This document shows positions 10,260 through 20,867 of a stretch of 64,000 nt of DNA, in pieces. Position 1 is the first letter of the stretch; every line of letters begins with the position of its first letter. The notes beneath the pieces are model-generated. The model was given only the letters and a program-made list of their open reading frames with translations. It ran no database searches and was not told where the DNA came from. The DNA is from an uncultured delta proteobacterium (GTDB lineage: Bacteria > Myxococcota_A > Polyangia > Polyangiales > Polyangiaceae). Both the position numbers and the translations under genes were made by a program. The stretch is from assembly GCA_963850305.1 (NCBI GenBank), contig CAWKKR010000008.1, positions 1,923,960 to 1,987,959 of the forward strand, in the 5' to 3' direction.

Positions 10260-11628
10260 ATGAAAGCGATCGATCCCAGTACAGCGAGCTTGATTGCCGA
10301 ATATCCCGATCACGATCGACCCGAGGTCGAGCGCCGGCTCTCCCGATCGGAGCGGGCCTTCTCGAGCTGGAAGCGGTCTTCGCTCGACGACCGCACTGCG
10401 CGGCTTCGCCGGGCGGCCGCCTGTTTTCGGCGCCAGAAAAGCGAACTCGCCGGCCTCATGGCTTGCGAGATGGGGAAGCCCATCAAACAGGGCATCGGAG
10501 AAGTGGAAAAGTGCGCGACCGCGTGCGACTACTTCGCCGAGAACGCCAGCCGGTTTCTAGAGGACCAAAGCGTCGCAACGGAGGCACAAAAAACATTCGT
10601 TGCGTTCCGACCACTCGGGGTCGTTCTCGCGATCATGCCGTGGAACTTTCCCTTGTGGCAGGTCGTGCGGTTTGCCGTTCCGGCGCTCGCGGCGGGCAAC
10701 GTCGGACTGCTGAAGCACGCGCCGAACGTTCCGGGTTGCTCGCTTGCGCTCGAGCGTCTGTTTCTGGATGCCGGATTCCCGGAAGGGGTCTTCCAGGCCC
10801 TGCTCGTGGATGAATCCGTCACGGGCGACCTGATCGAAGATCACCGGGTCGTGGCGGTGACGCTGACCGGCAGCACGCGCGCGGGGCGCGCCGTCGCGGC
10901 GCGCGCAGGACACGCCCTCAAGCGTGTCGTGCTCGAGCTCGGTGGAAGCGACCCGTATGTCGTTCTGTCGGACGCCGACGTGGAGCGCGCTGCAGCGATT
11001 CTCGGTCGCGGCGCGTCTGGTCAACGGCGGCCAGAGCTGCATCGCCGGCAAGCGCTTCGTCGTCGAATGCAGCGTGTATGGAGCTTTCGAAGAGCTCTTC
11101 GTGCGGGGCATGCGCCGGGCGGTCGTCGGCGATCCTCGCGACCCGTCCACGGAAGTGGGTCCAGTCGCGCGCACCGATCTCAGGGACGCGCTCCACGACC
11201 AAGTGCGGGCGAGCATCGAGCGCGGTGCGCGCCTGCTTCTGGGGGGCGAGGTCCCGGGCAGAGCGGGCGCCTGGTATCCGCCCACGGTGCTCGCGAACGT
11301 GCGCCCCGGGATGCCTGCATTCGACGAAGAGCTGTTCGGTCCGGTCGGCGCTCTAGTGAAGGCAGAGGACGATCGAGAGGCTGTCCAATTGGCCAACACG
11401 ACCCATTTCGGACTCGGCGCGGCGGTGTTCACCAGAGACGTTGCCCGCGGCGAGCGGCTCGCGAGAGACGAAATCGATGCTGGCTCCTGCTTCGTGAACG
11501 CGCAGGTTCGATCGGACCCGCGCCTGCCCTTCGGCGGAATCAAAGACTCGGGTTATGGCCGCGAGCTGTCTCTTTTCGGGCTCCGCGAGTTCATGAACGT
11601 GAAGACGGTCTGGGTCGACGCTTCCTGA
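10260..11628 (+). pseudogene. NAD(P)-dependent succinate-semialdehyde dehydrogenase (Sad/GabD type), split by a +1 frameshift near 11000
   Basis: First frame has IMPWNFP, LKHA, LTGS, LELGGSDP; second frame has NGGQSCIAGKR, EELFGP, PFGGIKDSGYGREL. Removing one base at 10999-11001 joins AAAI-SVAARLVN. Confidence 0.85.
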
Positions 11629-11713
11629 AGCCTCGCGGAATTCGTCGTCAACGGTCGTCCTTTTGCACCGAAAGGCTTGAATGGTGGGCCTTCTCGGAGA
11701 AACTATCGCGCCC

Positions 11714-12604
11714 ATGAGTCAGCGACGGTCTCGATCCGCTCCCTGGGGACTGGCCGTTGCCGTCGTGATCGGCGCCGTGCTGGTTCTCGGCGGCTTTTTT
11801 GCGGTGCGCGCGCATTCAAGGGACACGGTGGACCCGTCGGCATCCGCTTCGGCCGCCTCAGCTCTCGAGGCGCTGCTGGCTGCGCCAGCGGCGACCGGTG
11901 CAGGCGCCTCGAGTGACCCGGCGCGATCTCGCGACTTGATTCTGTCGAAGAAGACGCTGGCAGACGCCATCGCTGTCGCAAGACCGCTGATGGTGAACAC
12001 CGTGGGACGTGTAGACACCGGTTCTGCGCTCTTCGCACTCTGGGCGTCGCGAGGGCTCACGTGGGAAGCGCTCGACGCCCTGCCGGAGACGACCCCGGCG
12101 CTGTTTCGCAAAGATCCCGACTCCGAGCGCGGACGGAGGTTGTGCATCTCGGGGACGATCCTCGAGATTCGTGCCGAGAAGACCCTGGCAGAGCGCGTGC
12201 TCGACGACAGGCCGCGCCCGCTCGTCGTGAGGGCACCCGTCGAGTCTCCATCGCTTCCGATGCCGGAGCTCCCTGCAGCGTCGGCGTCTGCAGGGGCGCC
12301 CGAGATCCTCGAGCCCACCATCGATTTCTCGATCCCCAGCGATGGCAAGGTCTACGTCGCGACCATCCGCGCGAAGGTGGAGGAACCGGCCGGAGCGCAT
12401 CCGGCCTCCGAAAAGGATGCGCTCGTAGCCGAGGTGATCGCAGTGAAGAGCACTGGCGCCCTCGTCGACGGTAGCGAGGCGCGAGCTTGTGGAGTGCTGA
12501 CCGGGGTCACCCTGCCGCCAAGCGATGCGGCGAATTCGCTCGGAGACGTGACCGAACACCGTATCGTCGGCATGTTCGACCTGCCCGAGAATCACGGGAG
12601 CTGA
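11714..12604 (+). CDS. membrane-anchored hypothetical protein
   Basis: N-terminal TM helix; KDPDSERGRRLCISG and C-terminal IVGMFDLPEN; no family recognised. Confidence 0.65.
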   Translation: MSQRRSRSAPWGLAVAVVIGAVLVLGGFFAVRAHSRDTVDPSASASAASALEALLAAPAATGAGASSDPARSRDLILSKKTLADAIAVARPLMVNTVGRVDTGSALFALWASRGLTWEALDALPETTPALFRKDPDSERGRRLCISGTILEIRAEKTLAERVLDDRPRPLVVRAPVESPSLPMPELPAASASAGAPEILEPTIDFSIPSDGKVYVATIRAKVEEPAGAHPASEKDALVAEVIAVKSTGALVDGSEARACGVLTGVTLPPSDAANSLGDVTEHRIVGMFDLPENHGS

Positions 12605-12617
12605 GCGTCTGCTCAGC

Positions 12618-13286
12618 TCAGTCGACCGCGACCACCTCGATCTCGATCGCCCGTCCGCCGACCGACAGCGAAAGAATGGTCCCTCGGGTTGTCCCGAGCA
12701 GCGCCTTGGCTACCGGGCTTCCCATGGGGACGATCCGGATTTCTCCTGCCGGTCCCGCAGGCGCCCCCACGAACACCTCGTGCTCCGTGCCGTCGTCGAT
12801 GTGTCGATAACGGACGCGTGAGCCGGCGGCCGCGCGCGCCGCGCTCGGCGGTGGCGCGGCGGTTTTTCGAGCGGCATCCTCTCCGGATCGACGGATGACC
12901 GACGGTGCGTCCCTCCGTGCGCGCGCTTTCAGATCGGAGTCCAGAGGATTGTCGCGCGCGCGGGTCGCACGGTGTCGTGCCATCGGATCCGCGAGTCCAC
13001 GCGGTGCGGCGGCCTGGCGATCCAGACTAATTCCCCCGTCGATCAGGTCTGCAACGACCGAGGCCAGGGCTTCATCCCCGGTTACCCTCGCGGCGCGCGA
13101 GAGTGTCAATGCTGCGACCTTCGCGACCGAAAGATCGGGGTGGGGGCGCCCCGCCGTCTTCGACACGTAATCTCTCACGTCGCGCGTCGCAAACTCCGCG
13201 CCGATCTCCCCCGGTCGGATGGCCACCGAGTACGCGCGAGCGATCGCGAGCGACACGGCTTTCCGACATTCGTCCAACGTTTTCAT
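12618..13286 (-). CDS. protein with C-terminal GreA/GreB/Rnk-like domain
   Basis: C-terminus GSRVRY...SPVAKALLG...G..IEVVAV matches the Gre C-terminal domain; N-terminus unrelated; start uncertain. Confidence 0.6.
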   Translation of the reverse strand: MKTLDECRKAVSLAIARAYSVAIRPGEIGAEFATRDVRDYVSKTAGRPHPDLSVAKVAALTLSRAARVTGDEALASVVADLIDGGISLDRQAAAPRGLADPMARHRATRARDNPLDSDLKARARRDAPSVIRRSGEDAARKTAAPPPSAARAAAGSRVRYRHIDDGTEHEVFVGAPAGPAGEIRIVPMGSPVAKALLGTTRGTILSLSVGGRAIEIEVVAVD

Positions 13287-13389
13287 GAGCTCGCAGGATT
13301 CTCGCGCTGTGCCGATGGAAGCCGGGGCGCAGTCTGATTCCGTGTTAGCCTTCTCCACAACTTTCAACTAACAAGAGGGCTCGTCATCA

Positions 13390-14844
13390 ATGAGCGGCAA
13401 AAGCCAGGGCGAATCGGGCACCTTCGTCATTTTTGGTGGCACCGGCGATCTGTCGCGGAGAAAGCTGCTGCCTGCGCTGTTCCGGATGTTCGAGCGCGGC
13501 CATCTCGACAATGTTCGCGTGCTGGGTCTGTCCCGTGAGTCGAACTCCGACGCCGCGTTCCGCGACATGGCGCGGGAGGCGCTGTCGGCCGCGAAGATCA
13601 CCGGGGACGTCGCTGCGCGCTTCATCGAGCATGTCCATCAATACTCGATCGGGAGGAGCACTCCCGAAGACTTTCGCGGCCTCGCCGCCCGACTCGAAGA
13701 ACTCGAGCGCGAGTATTCCCTCAAGAAGAACCGCGTGTTTTATCTCGCGCTGCCGCCGGGAGCCGTGCCGTCGACCGCGGTCGGGCTGGGCGAGGCAGGC
13801 CTCTCCAGGGCGGAGGGTGGCTTCGCTCGGCTCATCGTCGAAAAGCCGTTCGGGCGCGACCTCACGACCGCGACGGAGCTGAATCGTATCCTCCAGGCCC
13901 ACTTCGACGAGAGTCAGATCTACCGCATCGATCACTACCTCGGGAAAGAGACGGTGCAGAACCTCCTCGTCTTTCGGTTTGCCAACGTGATCTTCGAGTC
14001 CATGTGGAATCGGGAACGGGTTCGCGCCATCGAGATCACGATGGCCGAGGACCTTGGAGTCGGGAGCCGTGCTGGTTACTACGACACCTCGGGTGCGCTC
14101 CGCGACATGGTGCAAAACCACATGACCCAGCTCGTGACGCTGGTCGGGATGGAAGTGCCGACCGCATTCGAAGCTGCGGCCATTCGATACGAGAAGATCA
14201 AGGTGCTTCGCTCGATCGTCCCGCTCGACGCGACTGACGTCGTGCGTGGCCAATATGCCGCCGGAGAAATTGGCGGCCAAAAGGTTCGTGGGTATCTCGA
14301 GGAAGAAGGCATTCCGCGCAATTCGGATACGGAAACCTTCGTCGCCATGCGTCTCGGGATCGATACCTGGCGCTGGCAAGGCGTGCCCTTTTATCTCAGG
14401 ACCGGCAAGCGGCTCGGGCAACGTCTCACGCAGATCGCGGTGCATTTCCGCGACGTGCCGGTGAGCATCTTCAAACCGGTCTGCCAGAACCCGGATACCA
14501 CGGACGTTCTCGTCATCACGTTGCAACCCGACGAAGGGTTCTCGCTTCATTTCGACGTGAAGACACCGGGCCAGCCGTTCAACCTGCGACGTGTTCCGCT
14601 CTCGTTCAAGTACAATCAGCTCTTCAAGGACATGCCGGAGGCGTACGAGACGCTGCTGGCGGACGTCTGGCACGGGGACCAGACTCTGTTCGTGCATGCC
14701 GAAGAGGTGCAGCAATCCTGGCGCCTTTACACCCCGCTCGTCGAGAAGCCTCCGCCGCTCGTCACGTACCCAGCGGGGACGTTCGGCCCGAAAGAAGCCG
14801 ACCGATTCACGGCATCCGGAGACGGGCTGTGGTTTCAAGGCTAG
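13390..14844 (+). CDS. zwf: glucose-6-phosphate 1-dehydrogenase
   Basis: IFGGTGDLSRRKLLP, EKPFGRD, RIDHYLGKE, RDMVQNH, WQGVPFYLRTGK. Confidence 0.98.
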   Translation: MSGKSQGESGTFVIFGGTGDLSRRKLLPALFRMFERGHLDNVRVLGLSRESNSDAAFRDMAREALSAAKITGDVAARFIEHVHQYSIGRSTPEDFRGLAARLEELEREYSLKKNRVFYLALPPGAVPSTAVGLGEAGLSRAEGGFARLIVEKPFGRDLTTATELNRILQAHFDESQIYRIDHYLGKETVQNLLVFRFANVIFESMWNRERVRAIEITMAEDLGVGSRAGYYDTSGALRDMVQNHMTQLVTLVGMEVPTAFEAAAIRYEKIKVLRSIVPLDATDVVRGQYAAGEIGGQKVRGYLEEEGIPRNSDTETFVAMRLGIDTWRWQGVPFYLRTGKRLGQRLTQIAVHFRDVPVSIFKPVCQNPDTTDVLVITLQPDEGFSLHFDVKTPGQPFNLRRVPLSFKYNQLFKDMPEAYETLLADVWHGDQTLFVHAEEVQQSWRLYTPLVEKPPPLVTYPAGTFGPKEADRFTASGDGLWFQG

Positions 14845-15572
14845 TCGATACCGAGACGGTGGCCGGCGCGACGGTGCATCGCTGCGCGGACGCGGCGCAG
14901 GTCGCCGACGTCGCGACGCGGTTCGTCGCCGATCGGATTCGCCTGGCGATAGACGCTCGAGGCGCATGCCGGCTCGCGCTCTCCGGCGGTCGTACGCCGG
15001 AAGCCATGTACGAAAGACTCGCCTCGAAGGAGTTCGGAGGGGCCATCGAATGGACGAAGGTCGTCGCCTTCTTCGGCGACGAACGCATGGTGCCTCCCGA
15101 CGATGCCTCGAGTAATTATCGTATGGCTCGAAACGCATTCCTCGATCGCGTTCCGATCCCCGCCGAAAACGTGCACCGTATCGAAGGAGAGCTCGAGCCG
15201 CGCGTCGCGGCCGAGCGCTACGCGACGATTCTGGGCGTGGAGCCGCTCGATCTGGTGCTCCTCGGCATGGGGGACGACGGACACGTCGCTTCGCTGTTCC
15301 CGTGCGGGCCCGAGCTAGAGCAGACGGGAAAGACTGCGACGAGCTACGCGCCGGTCGCGCCGCACTCGCGCGTGTCGATCACCTTCCCCGTCATCGACGC
15401 GGCGCGCATCGTGACGCTGCTCGTGACGGGGTCGAGCAAATCGGTCAAGGTGCAGCAGGTCTTCGAGGAACGGCAGAGTCGACGTCCGACGTTGCCTGCG
15501 GCTCGCGTCTCACCCCGAAGCGGTGAGCTCCACTGGTTTCTGGACGCCGCAGCGGCGTCGCTGCTCTCATGA
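14829..15572 (+). CDS. pgl: 6-phosphogluconolactonase
   Basis: ALSGGRTP, GDERMVP, SNY, LGMGDDGHVASLFP. Confidence 0.95.
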   Translation: MVSRLVDTETVAGATVHRCADAAQVADVATRFVADRIRLAIDARGACRLALSGGRTPEAMYERLASKEFGGAIEWTKVVAFFGDERMVPPDDASSNYRMARNAFLDRVPIPAENVHRIEGELEPRVAAERYATILGVEPLDLVLLGMGDDGHVASLFPCGPELEQTGKTATSYAPVAPHSRVSITFPVIDAARIVTLLVTGSSKSVKVQQVFEERQSRRPTLPAARVSPRSGELHWFLDAAAASLLS

Positions 15573-15591
15573 ACTCGAGGAGAAACGCTCG

Positions 15592-16998
15592 ATGGCGAAA
15601 TCGCAGTTCGGAATGATCGGGATGGCCGTGATGGGGCGCAATCTCGCCCACAACATCGCGGACCACGGTTACACCGTGGCCGCTTACAACCGCGAGCTCG
15701 ACATGCTCGAGGATGCCGTGCGCGGCACGCCGTTCACTCCCGCCAAGACCTTGCCGGAGTTCGTCGGGGCGCTCGAGCGTCCGCGTCGCATCATGATGAT
15801 GATCCGCGCCGGAGCTCCCGTGGATATGGTGCTGAAGGACCTGACCCCGCTGCTCGACCCGGGTGACATCGTGATCGATGGCGGAAACTCCTGGTTCGAG
15901 GATACGCGGCGGCGGGAAGCGGCTCTCAAGGAGAAGAACCTGTTCTTTTTCGGCGTGGGCGTATCCGGCGGGGAAGAAGGCGCGCGCCACGGCCCTTCGC
16001 TGATGCCGGGCGGGGACGCAAAGGCCTACGAGCTCATCCGGCCCGTTCTCGAGGCCATCGCGGCCAAAACGGAGTCCGGCGCTTGCGTGACGCACGTGGG
16101 CCCCGACGGTGCCGGGCACTTCGTCAAGATGGTGCACAACGGCATCGAGTACGCCGACATGCAATGCATCGCGGAATCGTATCACCTGCTCCGCGATCTC
16201 CTCGGCTTCGGCCCTGCCGAGATCGCCGACACGTTTGCGGCGTGGAACAAGGGTCCGCTCGAGTCCTTCTTGATCGAGATCACAGCCAAGATTTTCACGG
16301 TGAAGGACGCGGAGCGGGGGGGCTTCCTCGTCGATCACGTCCTGGACAAGGCTGGCCAGAAGGGAACCGGCAAATGGACCGCGCAGGTTGCGCTCGACCT
16401 GGCGGTGCCGATTCCATCGATCGCGGCCGCGATCGACGCTCGCGTCCTGTCGAGCCTCAAGGACGAGCGGGTGCGGGCGAGCGCCGTGCTTTCGGGCCCG
16501 AAGAACGCTTCGAGCTCGGGTGACGAGAAGACCCTCGTCGCCGCCGTTCACGACGCGCTCCTCGCCGCCAAGGTGTGCGCCTATGCGCAAGGCATGTCGC
16601 TCATCGCGGCGGGGTCGGCCGCTCACGATTGGAAGATCGATCTCCGGCAGATGGCGCGAATCTGGAAGGGCGGATGCATCATCCGAGCTCGATTCCTCGA
16701 CACGATCTTCCGCGCGTACGAGAAGAATGCGAGCCTCGCGAACCTGCTCCTCGACGACACTGTTCGGTCGCAGGTCGATCACGCGCAGGCAAACTGGCGA
16801 CAGATTGTCGGGCTCGCTGCAGCCCGAGGCATTCCCCTGCCCGCGACCAGCGCGAGCCTCGCGTATTACGACAGCTATCGATCGCCCAGCTTGCCTCAGA
16901 ACCTCACGCAGGCGCAGCGAGATGCGTTCGGTGCACACACGTACGAGCGCAATGATGGCGCGAGAGCGGGAGCGATCCACACCGAGTGGCTTGCCTAG
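15592..16998 (+). CDS. gnd: NADP-dependent 6-phosphogluconate dehydrogenase
   Basis: GMAVMG, IDGGN, VKMVHNGIEY, QKGTGKWT, QAQRDAFGAHTY; GAGGAG RBS. Confidence 0.98.
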   Translation: MAKSQFGMIGMAVMGRNLAHNIADHGYTVAAYNRELDMLEDAVRGTPFTPAKTLPEFVGALERPRRIMMMIRAGAPVDMVLKDLTPLLDPGDIVIDGGNSWFEDTRRREAALKEKNLFFFGVGVSGGEEGARHGPSLMPGGDAKAYELIRPVLEAIAAKTESGACVTHVGPDGAGHFVKMVHNGIEYADMQCIAESYHLLRDLLGFGPAEIADTFAAWNKGPLESFLIEITAKIFTVKDAERGGFLVDHVLDKAGQKGTGKWTAQVALDLAVPIPSIAAAIDARVLSSLKDERVRASAVLSGPKNASSSGDEKTLVAAVHDALLAAKVCAYAQGMSLIAAGSAAHDWKIDLRQMARIWKGGCIIRARFLDTIFRAYEKNASLANLLLDDTVRSQVDHAQANWRQIVGLAAARGIPLPATSASLAYYDSYRSPSLPQNLTQAQRDAFGAHTYERNDGARAGAIHTEWLA

Positions 16999-17000
16999 GC

Positions 17001-17251
17001 CGTCAGTGCCCGCTTGCTTCGAGCACGGGGTCATCTCGGCGCTCTCGGGTGCTCAGCGTGCGTTCGCACGCTTCCGGTCCTCACCCGCCGAGCTGACCCC
17101 GTGGTCTTCGCAATCGGGCACTGACGCGTGCGCTCTCGGGTGCTCAGCGTGCGTTCGCACGCTTCCGGTCCTCACCCGCCGAGCTGACCCCGTGGTCTTC
17201 GCAATCGGGCACTGACGCGTGCGCTCTCGGGTGCTCAGCGTGCGTTCGCAC
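17001..17251. repeat. intergenic 91-bp tandem repeat (about 2.3 copies) with an upstream inverted partial copy; REP/BIME-like
   Basis: Identical units start at 17041, 17132 and 17223; 17001-17040 is an imperfect reverse complement of the 40-bp segment GCCGAGCTGACCCCG...GGCACTGACG in each unit. Confidence 0.85.
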
Positions 17252-17464
17252 TGCGCGCTTTGCGGTATGGCGCGCGTTGTCATTCGCGGTCCCGACTGAA
17301 AAGTTTCGACGCTGGGGGAACCGAGCATGATGATAGAGGACACCTACATGTGTGCTGCGATGGTGTCGTGAGCTGACCCTTCCGCTTTTCTCCGCGAAGG
17401 TGGATAAGGAGAGCATCCTTTTTCCGGCTCCGGGGAGCGCCTCATGAGGCAAGGAGTTTGCTCG

Positions 17465-20400
17465 ATGCACACGGTGAAGTTCGTTCGAACGTTGTCGGTG
17501 ACCGGCGGGGCATTGTTCGCGCTACTCGCAGCAGGATGTGGAAGCAGCGGATCGTCGAACCTGTCGAACAGTGGCGCCGGCGGAATCGACGGCGGATTTG
17601 GCGCCGGGGGAACGGGTACTGGCGGCTTCTTCGTGGTCGGCACGGGGGGCGCTGGCGGGGGCGGAACGATCGGCACCGGTGGCGGTGGAACGATCGGCAG
17701 CGGCGGCAGCGGTGGAACGAGCAGCGGTGGCGCGGACGCCGGTCGCGACGCGCAGGCCAGCGCCGGTGGCAACGCGGGATCGCCGGCTGACGCCGCGATT
17801 CCCGATTCGGGGAGCGGCGCGTCCTCCGGGACGGACGCCGGCAACGTCGACGCCGGGAACGGGACGGACTCCGGCGTGGGGACGGACGCCGGGAAAAAGT
17901 GCGGGAATGGCGTCGTCGACACCGGCGAGGATTGCGACACGGCGATCGCAGGGACGACCGGTTGTACGACGAGCTGTCACTGGTTCTGCGTGCCCGGCGC
18001 ATCGGGCAATGCGACCTGCGACGATCACCTGATCTGCGACGGCACGGAGACCTGCGGGAACGATCATCTGTGCGCGCCCGGCACCAATGCGGCGAACGGT
18101 ACGACCTGCGAGAGCGGGGGCGCCTGTCAGAGCGGCCTGTGCGCGTCCGCCACGTGCGGCGACGGTATCACCCAGTCGCCCGAGGAGTGCGACGACGGGA
18201 ATGCCGTCAACGGCGATGGCTGCGACACGAACTGCAAGTTCTCCTGCGTGTCCACGGACTCGACGCGCAACTGTTCGGCGCTGCAGACGCCCTGCGAAAC
18301 GCCGATCACGTGCAACGATGGCACGCATGTGTGTTCGACGCCCACCCAGAAACCGGACGACACGCTCTGCGGCGCTCACAATTATTGTAAGGCCGGCGTT
18401 TGCACGGCCGCCGCATGCGGCAACGGCAAGGTCGAGCCGACCGAGCAATGCGACGACGGCAACCAGACCAACGGCGATGGTTGCGACAACGACTGCGCAT
18501 ACAGCTGCGTCACGCCCGCGACCGATTGTGGGGCCGCTCCGGCTTGCGAAAAAGAGACGTGCACCCTCGCGCATACGTGCAGTGCCGTCGCGGACCAAAC
18601 GAAGGACGACGCGGCGTGCGGAACCGGGAGGGTCTGCTCCGCCGGTAACTGCATCAACTCCTGTGGCAACGGGATCGTCGATGCCGCCGACGGTGAGCAG
18701 TGCGACGACGGGAACACCGTGAACGGGGACGGCTGTAACAACAACTGTCTCTACAGCTGCTCGAACCCGACCACGGACTGCACCGGGACGCCGGCCCCCT
18801 GCGACAAGTGGGCCTGCGGCGCGGCGAGTCACGCCTGCCAGTCCGTGCCGGATTCCACGAAGAACGATACCACCTGTGGCAGCGCCCTCGTCTGTAATGC
18901 CAGCGGCAGCTGCGTGAATGCGTGCGGCAACGGCATCGTCGATACCGGTGAAGCTTGCGACGACGGGAACACCGTGAACGGGGACGGCTGTAACAACAAC
19001 TGTCAATTCAGCTGCTCGAATCCCGCGACGGATTGCTCCGGAAGTGCGGGCACGTGCCAGAAGTGGTCTTGCAACGGCACCCACCAGTGCGCGGCGGTCG
19101 CGGACACCAACCAGAATGGAAACACCTGCGGCTCGGGGCAGGTCTGCGCCAGCGGGGTCTGCGGAACTTCTTGCGGCAACGGTCACGTCGATCCCGGTGA
19201 GGCCTGCGACGACGGGAACACCGTGAACGGGGACGGCTGTAACAACAACTGTCAATTCAGCTGCACTGTTGCCACGACGGACTGCACGCCCATGCCCTGC
19301 CAGGTCCCGTCGTGCGTGGCCAATGCGGACGGCAAGGTCTGCAACTACTCTCCCGACGGGACGCAGAACGACAAGGCGTGTGGGAGCGGCTTGGTATGCT
19401 CCGCCGGGACCTGCATCAACTCGTGCGGCAACGGTATCGTCGATGCCGCAGACGGTGAGGCCTGCGACGACGGGAACTCCGTGAACGGAGACGGCTGTAA
19501 CAACAACTGTCAATTCACCTGCGCGAATCCCGTCACGGACTGCGCGGGCGCGCCCACGTGTCAGATCGCGGTGTGCACCGCGGGCCACGTGTGCGCGGAC
19601 GCCGCGGATCCGACGCAGAACGACAAGGCCTGCGCGGCGGGCAAAGTCTGCTCGAGCGGAGCGTGCGTGAACGCCTGCGGTAACGGCATCGTCGATTCGG
19701 GTGAAGAATGCGATGACGGGAACTCCGTGAACGGAGACGGCTGCAACAACGATTGCACGTTCAGCTGCTCGGACCCCGCGACGGACTGCGGTACCGCGCC
19801 CGCGTGCGAGGTGGAGAGCTGCACGGCGGGGCATGTCTGCCTGGCCGTCGCGGACGCGACGCAGAACGAGGCGTCGTGCGGCACCGGCAAGGTGTGTAAC
19901 AACGGCTCGTGCGTCACCGCCTGCGGCGATGGCATCATCGAATCCGGAGAGCAGTGCGAGCCGCCGAACACGGCCACCTGTGACGCCAACTGCCAGAACC
20001 AGTGTGACGTCGACGGGTCCTGGGCGTCGCTCTTGACGATCCCCGTCACCTGGGTCGCCGACGGCGTCTACCTGAGCAAGGGCTCGGGGAATATCAAGGT
20101 CTGGTCCCTAGTCACGACGAGCCAATCGGGCACGGCCAACACCGTGCTTCCGTGCGGCATCACCGTGCCGAACTTCAGCAGCGCCCTCGGCACCTATTAC
20201 ATCACGTTCCCGAACTCGCTCTTCGACAACGATTACCTCTCTGCCGTGTCCATGCCAGCGACGTTCTCGAGCCTGAAGGCCGGGGCGACGTACAGCACCA
20301 ACGCGGCGTTCACGTCGCTCATCGGAATGAGCGCCCCGGCGACCGGCGCGTGGCCCGCGGCGGCGTCCGGGGTGACTGAGGTCGATCAGGATGCCGACAA

Positions 20401-20743
20401 CCAGCCCGGGGTGACCGCCGCGACCGACGCCCCGACGGCCGTTTTTGGCACCGCCGCCGATCACATCGACCTGGCGATCCGCCAGACCACGGCGTTGAGC
20501 GGAACGCTCACGGATTGTACCCACCTGTCCGGCTCGGCGACGGTCTCCGCCGAGAATAACCACGTCCTCGGCTGCACCACGGCGACGGGCGCGAAGGGCG
20601 CCGATGTCGCGTGCAACGCCACCCAATACGGATTCCTCGATTCGCACCGCCCGATTTACGTCGTCGGCGCCGGCGCCACGTTCGTGGCGCAGAAGATGGC
20701 GAACGCGGCCACGTGCGCTAACGTCCGCGCCGACTACCCGTGA
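17465..20743 (+). CDS. large surface lipoprotein with nine myxobacterial Cys-rich (DUF4215-like) repeats
   Basis: Lipobox LAAG-C, Gly-rich linker, nine CG[ND]G.....E.C(DDGN...GDGC) repeats, non-repeat C-terminal domain; AAGGAG RBS. Confidence 0.88.
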   Translation: MHTVKFVRTLSVTGGALFALLAAGCGSSGSSNLSNSGAGGIDGGFGAGGTGTGGFFVVGTGGAGGGGTIGTGGGGTIGSGGSGGTSSGGADAGRDAQASAGGNAGSPADAAIPDSGSGASSGTDAGNVDAGNGTDSGVGTDAGKKCGNGVVDTGEDCDTAIAGTTGCTTSCHWFCVPGASGNATCDDHLICDGTETCGNDHLCAPGTNAANGTTCESGGACQSGLCASATCGDGITQSPEECDDGNAVNGDGCDTNCKFSCVSTDSTRNCSALQTPCETPITCNDGTHVCSTPTQKPDDTLCGAHNYCKAGVCTAAACGNGKVEPTEQCDDGNQTNGDGCDNDCAYSCVTPATDCGAAPACEKETCTLAHTCSAVADQTKDDAACGTGRVCSAGNCINSCGNGIVDAADGEQCDDGNTVNGDGCNNNCLYSCSNPTTDCTGTPAPCDKWACGAASHACQSVPDSTKNDTTCGSALVCNASGSCVNACGNGIVDTGEACDDGNTVNGDGCNNNCQFSCSNPATDCSGSAGTCQKWSCNGTHQCAAVADTNQNGNTCGSGQVCASGVCGTSCGNGHVDPGEACDDGNTVNGDGCNNNCQFSCTVATTDCTPMPCQVPSCVANADGKVCNYSPDGTQNDKACGSGLVCSAGTCINSCGNGIVDAADGEACDDGNSVNGDGCNNNCQFTCANPVTDCAGAPTCQIAVCTAGHVCADAADPTQNDKACAAGKVCSSGACVNACGNGIVDSGEECDDGNSVNGDGCNNDCTFSCSDPATDCGTAPACEVESCTAGHVCLAVADATQNEASCGTGKVCNNGSCVTACGDGIIESGEQCEPPNTATCDANCQNQCDVDGSWASLLTIPVTWVADGVYLSKGSGNIKVWSLVTTSQSGTANTVLPCGITVPNFSSALGTYYITFPNSLFDNDYLSAVSMPATFSSLKAGATYSTNAAFTSLIGMSAPATGAWPAAASGVTEVDQDADNQPGVTAATDAPTAVFGTAADHIDLAIRQTTALSGTLTDCTHLSGSATVSAENNHVLGCTTATGAKGADVACNATQYGFLDSHRPIYVVGAGATFVAQKMANAATCANVRADYP

Positions 20744-20867
20744 CGGAGTGCGTCGCGCAGTTCGCCCGTGGCGATTCCATCACACCAGATGGGGTCCTAC
20801 TGTGGCAAAACAGCGTCAGGTTGCCCCTGCACGCCTGAAAATCAGCGGAGACACGGTCGCAACGGGG

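Noticed and set aside
17041..17251. Possible CRISPR array (29-bp sequence three times)
   Set aside because: The 62-bp 'spacers' are identical and no cas genes are present; it is a tandem repeat.
17260..17460. Possible riboswitch in the leader of the large lipoprotein gene
   Set aside because: No riboswitch consensus recognised by eye; an Rfam/Infernal scan would be needed.
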